From assembly GCF_036321535.1 (NCBI RefSeq), contig NC_087472.1, forward strand, positions 98,706,001-98,770,000: a stretch of DNA of 64,000 bases. Reading direction: 5' to 3'. Numbering within the stretch: the stretch's first letter is position 1; each line of letters starts with the position of its first letter. The stretch is from Camelus dromedarius (taxonomy: Eukaryota). The notes under the pieces were generated by a model that was given only the letters and a program-made list of their open reading frames with translations, was not told where the DNA came from and did no database searches. The position numbers were made by a program, and so were the translations under genes. Below, one piece after another: positions 32,701-45,015 of this stretch.

Positions 32701-33945
32701 AAAATTTTGGGATCTAGGGCTAAGTAAGGAATTCTTGGACTTGATATCTATAACATGATACATAAAAGATAAAGCTGATAAATTAAACCTCATCAATATT
32801 AAAAATGTTTGACCTGTAAAAGACAATGAGAAAAGGATGGAAAGATGAAACTACAGACTGACAAAGTATCTGCAAAGCACACATACAACAAAGAACTAAT
32901 ATCTAGAATGTATAAAGAACTCTCTCAAAAGTCAAAAGTAAGAAAAAAAAACAATATGAATATGAGCAAAGACACAAAGAGACCAAGGAAAATACACAGA
33001 AGACCAATAAACAATAAAAAAGATGCTCAATATCATTAGTCATTAGAGAAGTGCAAGTTAAAACCACAATGACATACTGCTACACACTTAACAGAATGGC
33101 CACAATAAAAGGAGAGAATACAGAGAAACTGATCACTTACATCCATTGCTGGTGGGAATATAAAATAGTATAGCCACTCTGGAAAACAGTTTTTTAGTCT
33201 TTTATAAAACTGAACATTCATTTACCATATAATTCAGCAAATCCCCTCATGGGCATTTATTCTAGAGATATTAAAACTTGTGTTCACATAAAAAAAACCT
33301 GTGCATAAATATTCTTAGCAGCTTCTTTCATGATAGCCAGAAACTAGAAACAGCCCAGTTGTCCTTCATGATTAAATTATTGAACAAACTGCAATACAAA
33401 CATGCTACAGAATACTACTCAGCAATAAGAAAGAATTATTAATACATGTAACAACTTGGGTGACTTTCCAGGTGATTATGCTGAGTGAAAAAAAGCCAGT
33501 CTAAAAAGGTTAGATACTGTATGATTCCATTTATATAACATTATTGAAATCACAATATTAGAAATGGAGGACAGATTAGTGATTGTCAGGTGTTAGGGAT
33601 AGTGAGAGTAGGTGAGTATATGTATAAAAGGGCAAGACAGCAGTCCTTGTTAATCAGACTATTCAGTGTCTTGATTGTGGTGGTGGATACAGAAACTTAT
33701 GCATGTGATAAAATTGGATAGCCCTAAATACACCCATGCATACAGAAAAGTACACATAAGACTGGTAAAGCTGAATAAGATCAGTGGGTTTTATTAATGT
33801 CAGTGTTCTGGTTGTAACATTGCATAGTTTTGTAAAATGTTACCATTGCATGAAACTAAGTAAAGAGTACACAGGATCTCTCTGAATTGCTTCTTACAAC
33901 TCTATGTGAATCTACAATTATTTTAATAAAAAATTCACTTAAAAA
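29770..33945 (+). mobile_element. L1MD-like element (internally deleted) nested in host L1
   Basis: New 5' end acttccagtttctggtccaacatataaagagcttggaagt; EN remnant MYHANTNQKKVGVDILISDRVDF; 3' end caggatctctctg..cttacaactctatgtgaatctacaatta. Confidence 0.75.
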
Positions 33946-36840
33946 CACAATATTATTTATAATTGCTCAAAAGAAAATTAAATACTTAAGTATACACTAA
34001 TAAAACAACACATGATGCCTAGAGCAAATGGACATATATAGGCCAAAAAAAAAAAAAAAAAAAAGAACCTTGACTGAAACTACATACTTTATACAAAATT
34101 TAACTGAAAAAGAATGATGGACTTAAATGTAAAATGACAACATTTTCAGGAAAAAATAATGGAAAATTTGGGAAAATCTTTAGAATCTCAGCTGAAGCAA
34201 AGATGTCTTAGATATGATGCCAAAAGTCTCATTAAAGGAAAAATTGACAAATTAAAATCATTTCCTCTATGAAACACTATATTAAGAAGATGAAAAGACC
34301 AGCTACTGAGTAGGAGAAAATATTTGCAAATCACATATCTGAAAAGGACTAGTATATAGAATATATAAAGAACTCTCAAAAATCAACAATAAAAATTTAA
34401 GTTAGTAAAAGAGTAAAAGACAGAAGCAGACATTTTACTGAAGAGGATATGCAGGTAGCAAATAAACCCATGAAAAGGTGTTCAAAATCCTTAACCATTA
34501 GGGAAATGCAAATTAAAACTACAATGAGATGTTGCATACCTATAGAATTACTAAAATAAAAAATGACAACATCAAATGCTGACAAAGATGTGGAGAAACT
34601 GGATTATTCATAGATTGCTGTTGGCAATGTAAAATGGTATAGCCACTCTGGAATTTTTTAAAAATTTTTTATAAAATTAAACATGCAGCTACCATAGAAC
34701 TCAGCAGTTGTCTTCCTGGGCATTTATCCCAGAGAAATAAAAAGTTATGTTCACACAAAATTCCATACATGAATATGTAGCATTGTTTATAATAGCAAAA
34801 ACTGGAAAAAATGGACCATAAATATACTATTTCCACTGAAAAAATGTAAATATATCAAATACCAAATATAAATATACTATATGTAAAAAAATCTACAGAA
34901 AAAAAGTGAAAGGATGGAAAAGGGTATTCCATGTAAACATTAGTAAAAAGAAACCTGGAGTGGTTATATTAATATCTGACAAAGTAGATTTTAGAAAAAA
35001 GGAAAATTTCCAGGGATAAAAGAGGGACATTATATAATAATAAAAGGCTTTAGTTACCAAAATGTCATGACAATCCTAGACATGTATGCATCTAACCACA
35101 GAACTCTAAAAATACATGAAGCAAAAAGTGAGAGACAGGAGAAATAGATAAAATCTACAATTGTACTTGAGGTCTTCAATATACCTCTCTCAGGGATCAG
35201 TAGAACAAGTAGACAGGAAATCAGCAAACTTAATAGAAGATTTGAACAACAGTATCAGTGAACTTCACCTAATTGACATTATACAAAACTATATTACAAC
35301 AACAGATTAGGAATTCTTTCTATGTATGTGAAACATTCATTAAGATAGACAATATTCTGGGCAATAATGACACCTTAACAAATTTTAAAAGATTAAAAAT
35401 GATAAAAATTATATTGTCTGACCATAATGAAATTAAACTAGGCATCAATAACAGATTTGAAAAATCTCTAAAGAATTAAGAAATTTAAAATAGACTTCTA
35501 AATAACCCATGGATCAAAGAGGAATTCTGAAGATAAATTAAGGAATTATTGTGAACTGAATGAAAATATAACACTTCAAAATTTGTGGAAAGTAAAACAG
35601 TGCATAAAAAGAGATGTTTAGCATTAAATAAAAGGCCTCAAAAATTTTAAGCTTCCAAAATAAAGAACAAGAAAAATAAGAAAAGTAAGCCCAAAGCAAG
35701 CAGGTGAAAGAAAAGAATAAAATGCAGAAATCACTGAAATTGAAACAACAAAATAATAGAAAAAAGCCCAATGAAACCAATGCTGACTTTTTGAAAAGGT
35801 CAATCAAATTGATAACCTTCTAGCCAGACTGAACAAGAAAAGAAAGAGAAGATACAAATGACCATCAGGAAGAAAGGAAGGAGCATCATTATAGACCTTA
35901 CAGACATTAAAAGGATAATAACAGAATACTACAAAAACCTCTATGTCCATAAATTTGACAAATTAGATTTAACGAACAAATTCCTAGAAAAACAAAAAAC
36001 TCATTTGTAAAATACAGAATGGATAACCTGTTACAGCTCTATATCTGTTTTTAAAAATTGAATTTGTAGCTAGCAGTGTTCCCCCAAAGAAATTCTAGGC
36101 TCAGATGGTTTCACTGTTGAATTCTACTGCATATTTGAGGAAGAAATAATACCAACACTACAGTTATACCAGAAAATAGAAGAGGAGGATTCATATCCTG
36201 ATATAAGACACAAAGATATTACAGGAAAAGAAAACCATATACCAATATCCCTTGTGAACAAAGATGTAAAAATCCTCTACTAAATATTAGCAAGTTGAAT
36301 CCAGCAATGTATTAAAGGGATCATCTATCATGACTAGGTCAGGTTTACCCAGGAATGCAAGACTGGTTCAAAAATTGGTGCTTCTGCACTTTGGTTAGAA
36401 TGCAAATCAGTATACCCACTGTGGAAGACAGTATGGAAGTTCCTCAAAAAATTAAAAATAGAGCTACCATATAATCCAGCAATCCCACTTCAGGGTATAT
36501 ATCCAAAGAAAATCACTATCTCAAAGAGATATCTGCACCCCCAGGTTCATTGCAGCATTATTCACAATAGCCAAGACATGGAAACAACCCAAGTGTCCAT
36601 CAATGGATAAACGGACTTTACAAAGAAGCTCCTAGACCTAATAAGTGAGTTTACCAAGGATACAGAGTCAATATAAAAAGTCACTTGTATTTCTATATAC
36701 TAGCAGTGAATGATTAAGAGTCAAAAATTGAAAAAACAGTACCATAACGTTGAAATACTTAGGTTCAAATCTAACAAAATGTGTGCAGAATCTCTATGGT
36801 GAAAACTAAAACACTGATGAAAGAAATCAAGAATACCTAA

Positions 36841-37655
36841 TAATTGAGTTCTGAACCCAATTCCAATGGGTGGAGGGAGGTTTTTCCCTCACACCATCAA
36901 ATAATTCTCAAGACACCAGGTATGTGTCCTTCAATTCAACTCAGTCCTGACACTATCTACCTGGAGATGATAGCAGATCCCACATTTAAGGTTTCAGTCC
37001 CATAAGACTGTACTTACCACAGTTAAGATGCCAGTTAAACACCTGTGCTTCTGACCAACCGGCTATAGATCTTAGGTTCCAGCAACCTCCTCCATGGGTT
37101 CAATTAATTTGCTTGAGCAGCTCACAGAACTCAGAGAAACATTTTACTTACTAGATTACCTGTTATAAAAGGATATAATTCAGGAACAGACAAATGGAAG
37201 AGATGCATAGGGCAGGGTATGGGGAAGGGATGTGAAAATTTCTGCCGTTTCTTTGCATGCCACTTTCCCCAATTCTCCACATGTTCACCAACCTAGAAGC
37301 TCTCTAAACTCTGTCCTTTGGGGTTTTTAATGGAGGCTTTATGATATGGGCATGGTTGATTAAATCATTGGCCATTGGTGATTGAACTCAATTTCTAGCC
37401 CTTCTCCCCTCCCTGGAGGTGGGGGTTGGATAAGGGATGGGTGGGACTTCAACCCTCTAGTCACAGTGTTGGTTCCTCTGACCTCCATCCTTAGGTGACC
37501 TAGAGGCATTCCAAAAGTCACCTCATTAACATAACAAGAGACTCCTTTATCACTCTCAACACTTAGGAAATTACCAAAGATTTCTGGCGCTCTGTGCCAG
37601 AAATGGGGGATGAAGACTAAATATATATATTTCTTATATAAGTAGCATTATCACT
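36841..37655 (-). mobile_element. MER21-like ERVL solo LTR inserted in L1 ORF2
   Basis: Minus strand starts AGTGATAA..AAATATATATATTTAGTCTTCATCCCCCATTTCTGGCACAGAGC. Perfect 5-bp TSD CCTAA (36836-36840, 37656-37660); the L1 sequence is contiguous across it. Confidence 0.85.
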
Positions 37656-39017
37656 CCTAAGTAAATGGAGACCTACACCGTGTTCATGGATTGGAAGATT
37701 TGATAGTGTTAAGTTGTCAGTTCTCTCCCAGTTCATCTAACGATTCAACAAAATCCCAGTCAAAATACCAGCAGTTGTTCAACAAGCTGACTGAAATTTA
37801 TATTGAAAGACAAAGTAACTAGAATAGCCAAAACAGCTTTGAAAAAAAAGAACAATGTTGGAAGACTCTCTACTACCTGATTTCAAGACTTACTATAAAA
37901 GCTAATCAAGCTAATATGGTATTGGTGAAAGATTAGGCACATAAATCAATGGAACAGAGTAGAGTCCAGAAATCGACTCTCACAAGTATAACCAACTGAT
38001 TTTTACAAAGGTACAAAAGCATTCAACTGATGACAAATAGTTCTTTCAACGAAGGGTGTTGTAACAATTGGACATCAATATGCTAAAAAATGAACTTTGA
38101 CCTAAACCTCATACCTTATGGAAAAATTAAATCCAACTGGATCATAAACCTAAAGGTAAAACTTAGAGCTATATAATTTCTAGAAGAAAACATAAGAAAA
38201 AAAAATCTTTATGACTTTGGATTAGACAAAAAGTTCCTAGATAAGACACAACAAGAATAATTCATAAAAGAACATATTGAACCACCATCATCTCTCTTCT
38301 CATATAAACTTCTAAAAATTCTGAACTCATATCTACTTCTTACCTATCATTTATCAATGAAGTTAATGCAGTCAGCTTTCTGCCTTTACCCCCTACTGAA
38401 AATTCCCTCATTATGTGTTATAAAACCTACTAATTATCAAATATGACTGGGCATTTTCAGTTCTTATCTGATTGGGCTTCATTGCTTCATTTGACTTGCT
38501 AATAATTCCCTCCTTGAAATTCCTTTCTTCTTGTTGTCTATGCCACTACTCCTCTCTTAGCAGTTTCTCCGTTCTCCCCTCAGGTCTACTCTTTCGGTTT
38601 CAACTGCCAAAACATCTGGAGGGATACTTACATATCTAACTCTTAGATATACAATTGCAGTCAGATGCCCCAGCATTATCTTATGAATTCAGCATGTCTG
38701 TTTACACTCTTTTCATCCTTTCTCCAAACCACCTCCCCCTTTTTTTCATTCCATAACTCCTTTGCAAGCTGGGCAATCACTTATTTGCCTCAGTTAGGAA
38801 CCTGGGAGTCTCTTCCTCACAGCCTACATTCCATCAGTCACCAAACCCTGCTAAATATTTTTGGAACTCATCCTCTTTTTTCCAAGTTCAAATCCTCACA
38901 ATCTTTCATAGATTATTGTAATATTGCTTTCCCTGTCTTTGATAGTATGTTCCTCAAATCCTTTCTCATTCCAATTCAGATGATCTATCTAAAATGCAAA
39001 TCTAACCCTGCCATTGC

Positions 39018-39172
39018 TTTTTTTTTTTAACTTGATAATCAGCTTTATTTTGAGGGGTAGGTAACTAGGTTTATTTATTCATTTGTTTATTTTTTGATGG
39101 TGGTACTGGAGATTGAACCCAGGACCTCGTGCATGCTAAGCACATGCTCTACCACTGAGCTATACCCTCCCC
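39018..39172 (-). mobile_element. tRNA-derived SINE, camelid Vic-1-like
   Basis: Minus strand GGGGAGGGTATAGCTCAGTGGTAGAGCATGTGCTTAGCATGCACGAGGTCCTGGGTTCAATCTCCAGTACC (Pol III A and B boxes), A-rich tail, TSD CCTG(CC/TT)ATTGCTT. Confidence 0.88.
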
Positions 39173-39619
39173 TCCTGTTATTGCTTCTCTTAAAACACCT
39201 CGAGGGCTCCATTTACTTCCAAATTCCATAGTATGGAAAATTTGGCCCTCTGTTATCTAGATCCTGCTTGTCTTTTCTGCCATCTTCTCTCACTCCTTTC
39301 TTCACTACGCTTCAGTGATATCTAGATGTTTACATTTCCTCCTACACACCATGTTCTTTCTGTTCTTTATGTTTTTGCTCAAACTGTCCTTTCTGCCTCA
39401 CTGCTTCCTATTCATTCTTTAAGACTCAATTTAGGAAACCTTCCCTGAACCTTCTGGGCTGGAATAGGTGCCCTCCCTCTGATATCCTGTAATATCCTGT
39501 GGTATAACTTTATCTTCCATGGCAGGAATCTGTTTAATCAATTAGAATGTGTAGTATTTTAAAACTTGGATTTATTTCTTATTTATCATTGTATCCACAA
39601 CATTTGCCACACAACCTCC

Positions 39620-39811
39620 TTTTTTTTTTAATTTTTAAAAAATATTTTATTTATTTATTATTGAATTAGTTAATTTTTTTTTAATTTTCTATTTTTTTGG
39701 GGGGGGAGATAACTAGGTTTATTGATTTTTTAGAGGAGGTACTGGGGCTTGAACCCAGGACCTCATACATGCTAAGCATGCATTCTACCACTTAAGCTAT
39801 ACCCTCCCCCC
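39620..39811 (-). mobile_element. tRNA-derived SINE, camelid Vic-1-like (second copy)
   Basis: Same head and tail as the 39018 copy; TSD CACACAACCTC at 39608-39618 and 39814-39824. Confidence 0.88.
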
Positions 39812-41639
39812 AGCACACAACCTCTTATTCAGTAAATGTTCATCAAATGAATTGAATGAGTGGTTGTTGATTTTACTTCTGTGAAGCTGATCTCATCAAA
39901 GTAATTGACCCCTTAACAACTTTATAATAGCTCTCATTTTTTGGACATTAAGGAGCATAAAGTGTGGAGTACTGGTTTTGAAATTAAGCTTGTGAAAAAG
40001 TACCATTCCAAATGATAATAAGGGCAAGAACTCAAATGAAGAAAGTATTTTCACCCTCTGTATTTCCCCATGAACTTGGTATAGTAGTCTGGTCAAATAA
40101 CTGATATTGCTCTATTGGTAATAGCAGTGTTCTGAAGCATAGGTAATCCTCTGTACAAACCAGCATTTATTGAGTGCATTATCTAGAAACTGAGAATACA
40201 AAGATAAAAAAGATTAGTTCTCAAAGGAGCTCACACTTTCTTGGGAACTAGAGAGAAATGAGCAAATAATTGGGAAGAGTAACTTAGTTTGGCTATGGGG
40301 TAGGGAGGCAGAGTTGATGGATGTTTTTCCTTCCGTATGTCTGCTTAGCATCAATCTGTTTCTAGTTACAGACTCACCATAACAAATCAATGTATTGTTC
40401 AGGAGGAAAACAGCCAGGGATTGTGCATGTTTAAGAAAAAACTTTAAACTGCTACTGGGAAAACAACAAACAAACAAACAAACAAACAAAAAAACACAAG
40501 CCAAAAAAAAAAAAAAAACCCAAAAATGAAAACCCAAGTAACCAAAACCCCAAAACAATCTTAGAGCTCATGTCTTACAGATGGTGAATCAGTAACATCA
40601 CCATTCTAGAAGAAGGACAAGTCCTGATTCATCAATGATTGTATTGGTAAAGAAGTAATTGTTTTACTAATGAGGGCCTGGAATTAAACAACTATTATTA
40701 GAGCCTCTGGTTTGGACTTTTTTGGGGCATGAGTTATTTCCCAGGGTTGAAGCAGTCATCATAAACTCTATGTGAAAGAAATACAGAAGATGGATAATTA
40801 TTCCACTCTCTTTTTCTAAAAGACAATTATTAAGCTCTGTCACCAAGCATCACACTTCTCTTTCAATTAGGTCAAGTCGTCTCTGCAGAGCAACCAAAAC
40901 ACACGTTCATTCATTTTGCCAGTAAACTTGCAGAATGATTGTATAACTTTTCATTTTCTATGCCTCTGTTTTAATTTGAAGAAAACAAAATTATTATATA
41001 CCAGATAACTGTTTTCCATTAAAAGGTATTTCTTTAAACAATATAATTTGTGCAAAGTCAAGCAATCTGTCTTCATCAAACAGGCAATTTGATTTGTTAT
41101 GTGATATTTTTAAAAATTAGGTCAAGCAACCAACTTAGATTTTTTCTTTAGTTAGTCCCAAGTAAAACTACCGGGATTCTTTAAAAAACCTACCTCTCCT
41201 CTATGTATGCTGTACATAATAATTTTTTTAATGAAATCTCTTTTTTAAAGAGTATTCTTGGCAAAGGAAGAAAGTTTACGTCTGGTAACCACCAGCTGCC
41301 CTACCTCCTGTGTGTAAAGTTTAGAATTTCAATCCCTGATTGATGCCCAAGTCCAAATACCTATGCCAGTATATCAGAGTGTGACATATTTCCCTCTCAC
41401 CCACCTTCCAAATCAACTGTGTCTTCTTACCACTCATCTACCACCTTTCCACTCTCATTCACAGTTCTGGAAGGATTCAGTTCTGAGCATCACCACATGA
41501 AAGTCAACATACAATATGTATAGTGAATTGTTTAATAAAGAAACTAACAGAATTAATATAAAGCTTGGAAAGAGGAGAAAGTATGATGTAAAGCTATAGT
41601 CAGAACAACTGAGGCCTGAGAAAGATGGGGAGAATGATG

Positions 41640-43320
41640 TGCCAGTCAGGGTCCAGTGAGGAAAACAGAAACTATGCTAGGTGTTGGAACAAGGCTTTTA
41701 ATACAGAGAAATGGTAACCTATGTGCTGGAAGGCTGAAAGAACATAAGGGGAAGTTGAAATAGCCATTCAAATAATAGTAACTTTTAAATTAAAATAGAG
41801 AAAAGAAAAACAAAAGAGAAAATAGTTAATATGTTCATAACAACTAAGGAAGTAATATGCATAGCTGCTACATTCTTATTTCTGTAACAAGTCACAAGGT
41901 CATGAGGTCATAGTTGATATTTATAACTTCTCTCTTCCACTACCCTTTCCATGTTTGCTTTACTGCCAGCCAGAAAATCAGTCAGTTGGGTCTTTACGTG
42001 GTAAGGGAATCCCAAATTTCATTCCTGAAGGGTTTGAGTCCTTAGTAGTTCTTTCTTAATTGAGTTGCTCTAGTTTTCTATTAACTTTTACTATTGGACA
42101 TGGCAATATGAACTGGAACCCCAGAGAATCCCTTGAATTATAGACATTGTCTCTTGTTTTTGTAGAAGTTTCCTTTGGTAATGCAGATTGATCACCCTAG
42201 CCCTTATTTGCCTTTTGGTCAGTGGTTTGAAGAGCCCCAGATGACCAGGTAATGGTCTCACCTTCCAATTAAATGGAAACATTGTCCTCTCAGATAGACA
42301 GTAGAACCCCAAGTTGTGTTATTAGACATAAGAGAAGCAGGAACCACTATCACTGCCACCTCTTGTAATTCTAGGATTCTTGTATTCTGAATCTGTGAGA
42401 GAAAGAACATCATGTATTTGTGATTGGCTCAAAGCACTCCACATTCTGTAGAATACTGTACTAATCTCACCAGGTATATTTTTTGAGCTACAAGTGTGAC
42501 TCCCAACTGCTGCTGTAGTCTTCAATAGGCCTTTGCAGATAGGTAAGGTGTGTTAGGTTTTGTTTTGTTTTGCTGCATAACAACTGATTCCATACTTAGT
42601 GGCTTAAAACAACACCCATCTATTAGCTCACCGTTCTGTAGGTCAGATAGCTGGCATGGTGTGGCTGAGTTCTTTGCTTATGGTGTCACAAGCTGAAGTC
42701 AAGGTGTAGCTGGACTGATTTCTCATCTGGAGGCTCTAGGGGAAATTCTCCTTCCAAGTTCATTCTTATTGTTGGCAGAATTCAGTTCTTTGCACCTATA
42801 TGAGGGACACTGCTGTTTCCTTGTTGGCTATCAGCCAGATGCTGTTCTCAGCTCCTAGAGGCTGCCTGCATTCCTTGCCATGTGGTCCCCTACATTTTCA
42901 AGTCAGCAAGAACAGGGTTGAATTCTTCTTATGCTTTGAATCTCCAGCTTCCTCTCTTGCAACCAGTGGTAGAAAACCGTCTGTTTTAAAGGGCTCCTGT
43001 AATTAGGTCAGGCCCACTCTGATTTCTTAAAGCCCACTGTGTCAAATAACATAACCTAATCACAGGGCTTTCATTCACTATATTCACAATCTTGGAGATT
43101 ATACAGGGTGGTATATACCAAGAGTTGGGGGATATTGGGGAGCATCCTAGAATTCTGTCTACCACAGAAGGCAAATCCATAACAAGAATGTCTATTCCAG
43201 TGAGAAAAGTTGCTCTTTTTTTCATGATGGAAATTGCCTCATATAATAAACCTGCTTGCTGATCCAACTGAGGAATGGTGCCATGTTGGGAGCTCCTGTT
43301 GTTTAGACTGCCGAGTGGGG
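41640..43320 (-). mobile_element. ERV-L remnant (LTR fragment plus decayed integrase and dUTPase), split by an MLT1 LTR
   Basis: ORF-track peptides: TMFPFNWKVRPLPGHLGLFKPL resembles the ERV-L dUTPase, FLTGID resembles the integrase core, and SALSQSQIHDVLS resembles the integrase C-terminal region. Confidence 0.7.
42549..43166 (-). mobile_element. MLT1 (MaLR) solo LTR
   Basis: tgtgttagg..cttagtggcttaaaacaacac..gttctgtaggtcag ... agaattctgtctaccaca. 5-bp TSD TAAGG/GAAGG. Confidence 0.85.
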
Positions 43321-43928
43321 TGACATTTGGATGGTGTTTGAACTTCTGGTGGCAGGTGCTCCAGAGCTAGTGCTCAGCTAGTATTGGGGATCTGGGAAAT
43401 GTAGTTTGCAGCTTCCATGCCCCACCATCACAAAACAAAGTTAAAAGAGTAAATTTGAGACTGAAAGGACAATAGTTAAATGACCATCATGAATATAGAT
43501 ATCTCATGTTAATAAGGAAACAAAAGCATAGACTCTTCTCCATATTTTCCAGAGAGGATTTATAATGCAGTATAATGTCCCTCCAGCATTACTCAACCAT
43601 TGTATACCATCTACTATATTACTTTATTTTGAAGCTTCTGCTCTTATTCTTTCTCCCTGGCTCAGCTTAGGTGCTTAGCTATTTTCCTCTAACTACTCCC
43701 TAAGTCTTCAACCTGGTAAACAGGTTTCACCTTTCCTTTATAAATGATCTTCTTATAAGGTGGCATTCATACATAAAAAAATAATATAACTACAAATGAG
43801 TGATATTTCTACATAACTCAACATACAGGTGGGTGATATATAAATACAAGTGGGTGATATTTCCAAATAACTCAAGATTTTTTTTGCTACACATTTCTTT
43901 TTGCTCCATGGTGCTCCAAATTAAATCA

Positions 43929-43931
<3 letters not shown>

Positions 43932-43976
<45 letters not shown>
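43932..43976. repeat. (AT)22 microsatellite
   Basis: Read directly. Confidence 0.97.
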
Positions 43977-43977
<1 letters not shown>

Positions 43978-44026
43978 CCACAGTAGAGGTTTTTATACAG
44001 CTGAATTAAAGTTCCTGATTGATTGA

Positions 44027-44412
44027 TGTATCATTTAGAATAGTCTAGATTATGCTACAGTAACAAAAAAGCTCACATCTCAGTGGCTCAATCCAGAAAA
44101 ACCTTATTTCTTGTTCATATTAAATGTTGAACATGAACAGGTAGAGAGAAGGATCTCTGTTTATTGCAGTCAGTGACCCAGGTTGATGGAGGCTCCATCT
44201 CAACATATGCATCTATAATTAGGGCTATTGAAATAGGACGCAGCAAAATGCACACTGGCTCTTACTCCTGCCCAGAAGTGACATATTACTTCCTCTTGTA
44301 TTTCATTGGCCAAAGCAGATCTTATGCTAACCCTAACTTCAAAACAGGTGGGAAAGTTCATCATACTCTGTTTGTAAAAGGAGAAATGAAATTTGTGTAC
44401 AGTCTTAATGGT
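44027..44412 (-). mobile_element. Old MLT1 (J/K/L-like) LTR
   Basis: tatgctacagtaacaaa..atctcagtggctcaa..ttatttcttgttcat ... ttcattggccaaagc. Confidence 0.7.
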
Positions 44413-44799
44413 TACTTATATTTTATTTTTTGACTCACGGCAATAATCTTGAAAGCTAAGCAAGTACCTGAGTTTTTTGTGGAAAAAGAAGTAGGAGAGA
44501 TTGGGTATCAAAAGTCTAAAAAGACTGAGGACCCAAAGCATGAAACTTTTAGCCTAAAAGCTGGTTATCACTGAGAGAAACTGATATTGAGATGGAATAA
44601 GGAAATAAAAATAACAGTTAGTCATTGGTGTGTATCTCAGAGGGTAAGAAAAAAAAAATCTGAAGATGATTGAATTAACAAGATTAAGTTTTATGCTATC
44701 ATTGGAACTAGAGAACTAGAAATCTGGGTTATGTTTAGTTTCAGAACAGCAAATAAAGTTCCATGTTCACCTACCTAATTTCTCTGATTGTGTACATTT

Positions 44800-45015
44800 C
44801 TTAGCCACTTTATACACTTTATGAATTATTATGGGTAATATCACACACAATCTTACAAAATACACAGGGTAGGTGTTATTTCCTCTATTTTATACAGTTT
44901 TTACATAGGTAAATCTGAGGCTCAGAGACTATAAAGGACTATGCTATGGGCATAAAGCTTTAAGTGCTGGAGCTTAGATCAACTCTTAGTTGTTGTGATT
45001 CTTAAAATTTTACTC
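44800..45015 (-). mobile_element. MIR SINE
   Basis: ggtaggtgttatttcctctatttta..aaatctgaggctcagaga. Confidence 0.6.

Larger units (their letters stand above)
27030..38280 (+). mobile_element. 11-kb nested L1 stack (host L1M with inserted L1MD-like element, further L1 fragments and an LTR)
   Basis: Host: 5'UTR/ORF1 27030-29765, ORF2 resuming ~34860-36370 and 36620-38280 (EN and RT motifs, e.g. ctaggctcagatggtttcactgttgaattctac). All reading frames are decayed. Confidence 0.88.
38290..39862 (+). mobile_element. L2 LINE fragment hosting two SINEs
   Basis: Pyrimidine-rich L2 body; 3' end ttcagtaaatgttcatcaaatgaattgaatgagt. Confidence 0.7.

Noticed and set aside
16054..38280. ORF-track peptides within the L1 stacks as genes or active L1
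   Set aside because: Short decayed ORF1/ORF2 fragments or their antisense frames; no intact ORF1 or ORF2.
39100..39172. tRNA gene
   Set aside because: The tRNA-like head carries a SINE tail and TSDs, and a second diverged copy lies nearby.
43790..44009. Poly-(IY) ORFs on both strands
   Set aside because: Translation of the (AT)n microsatellite.
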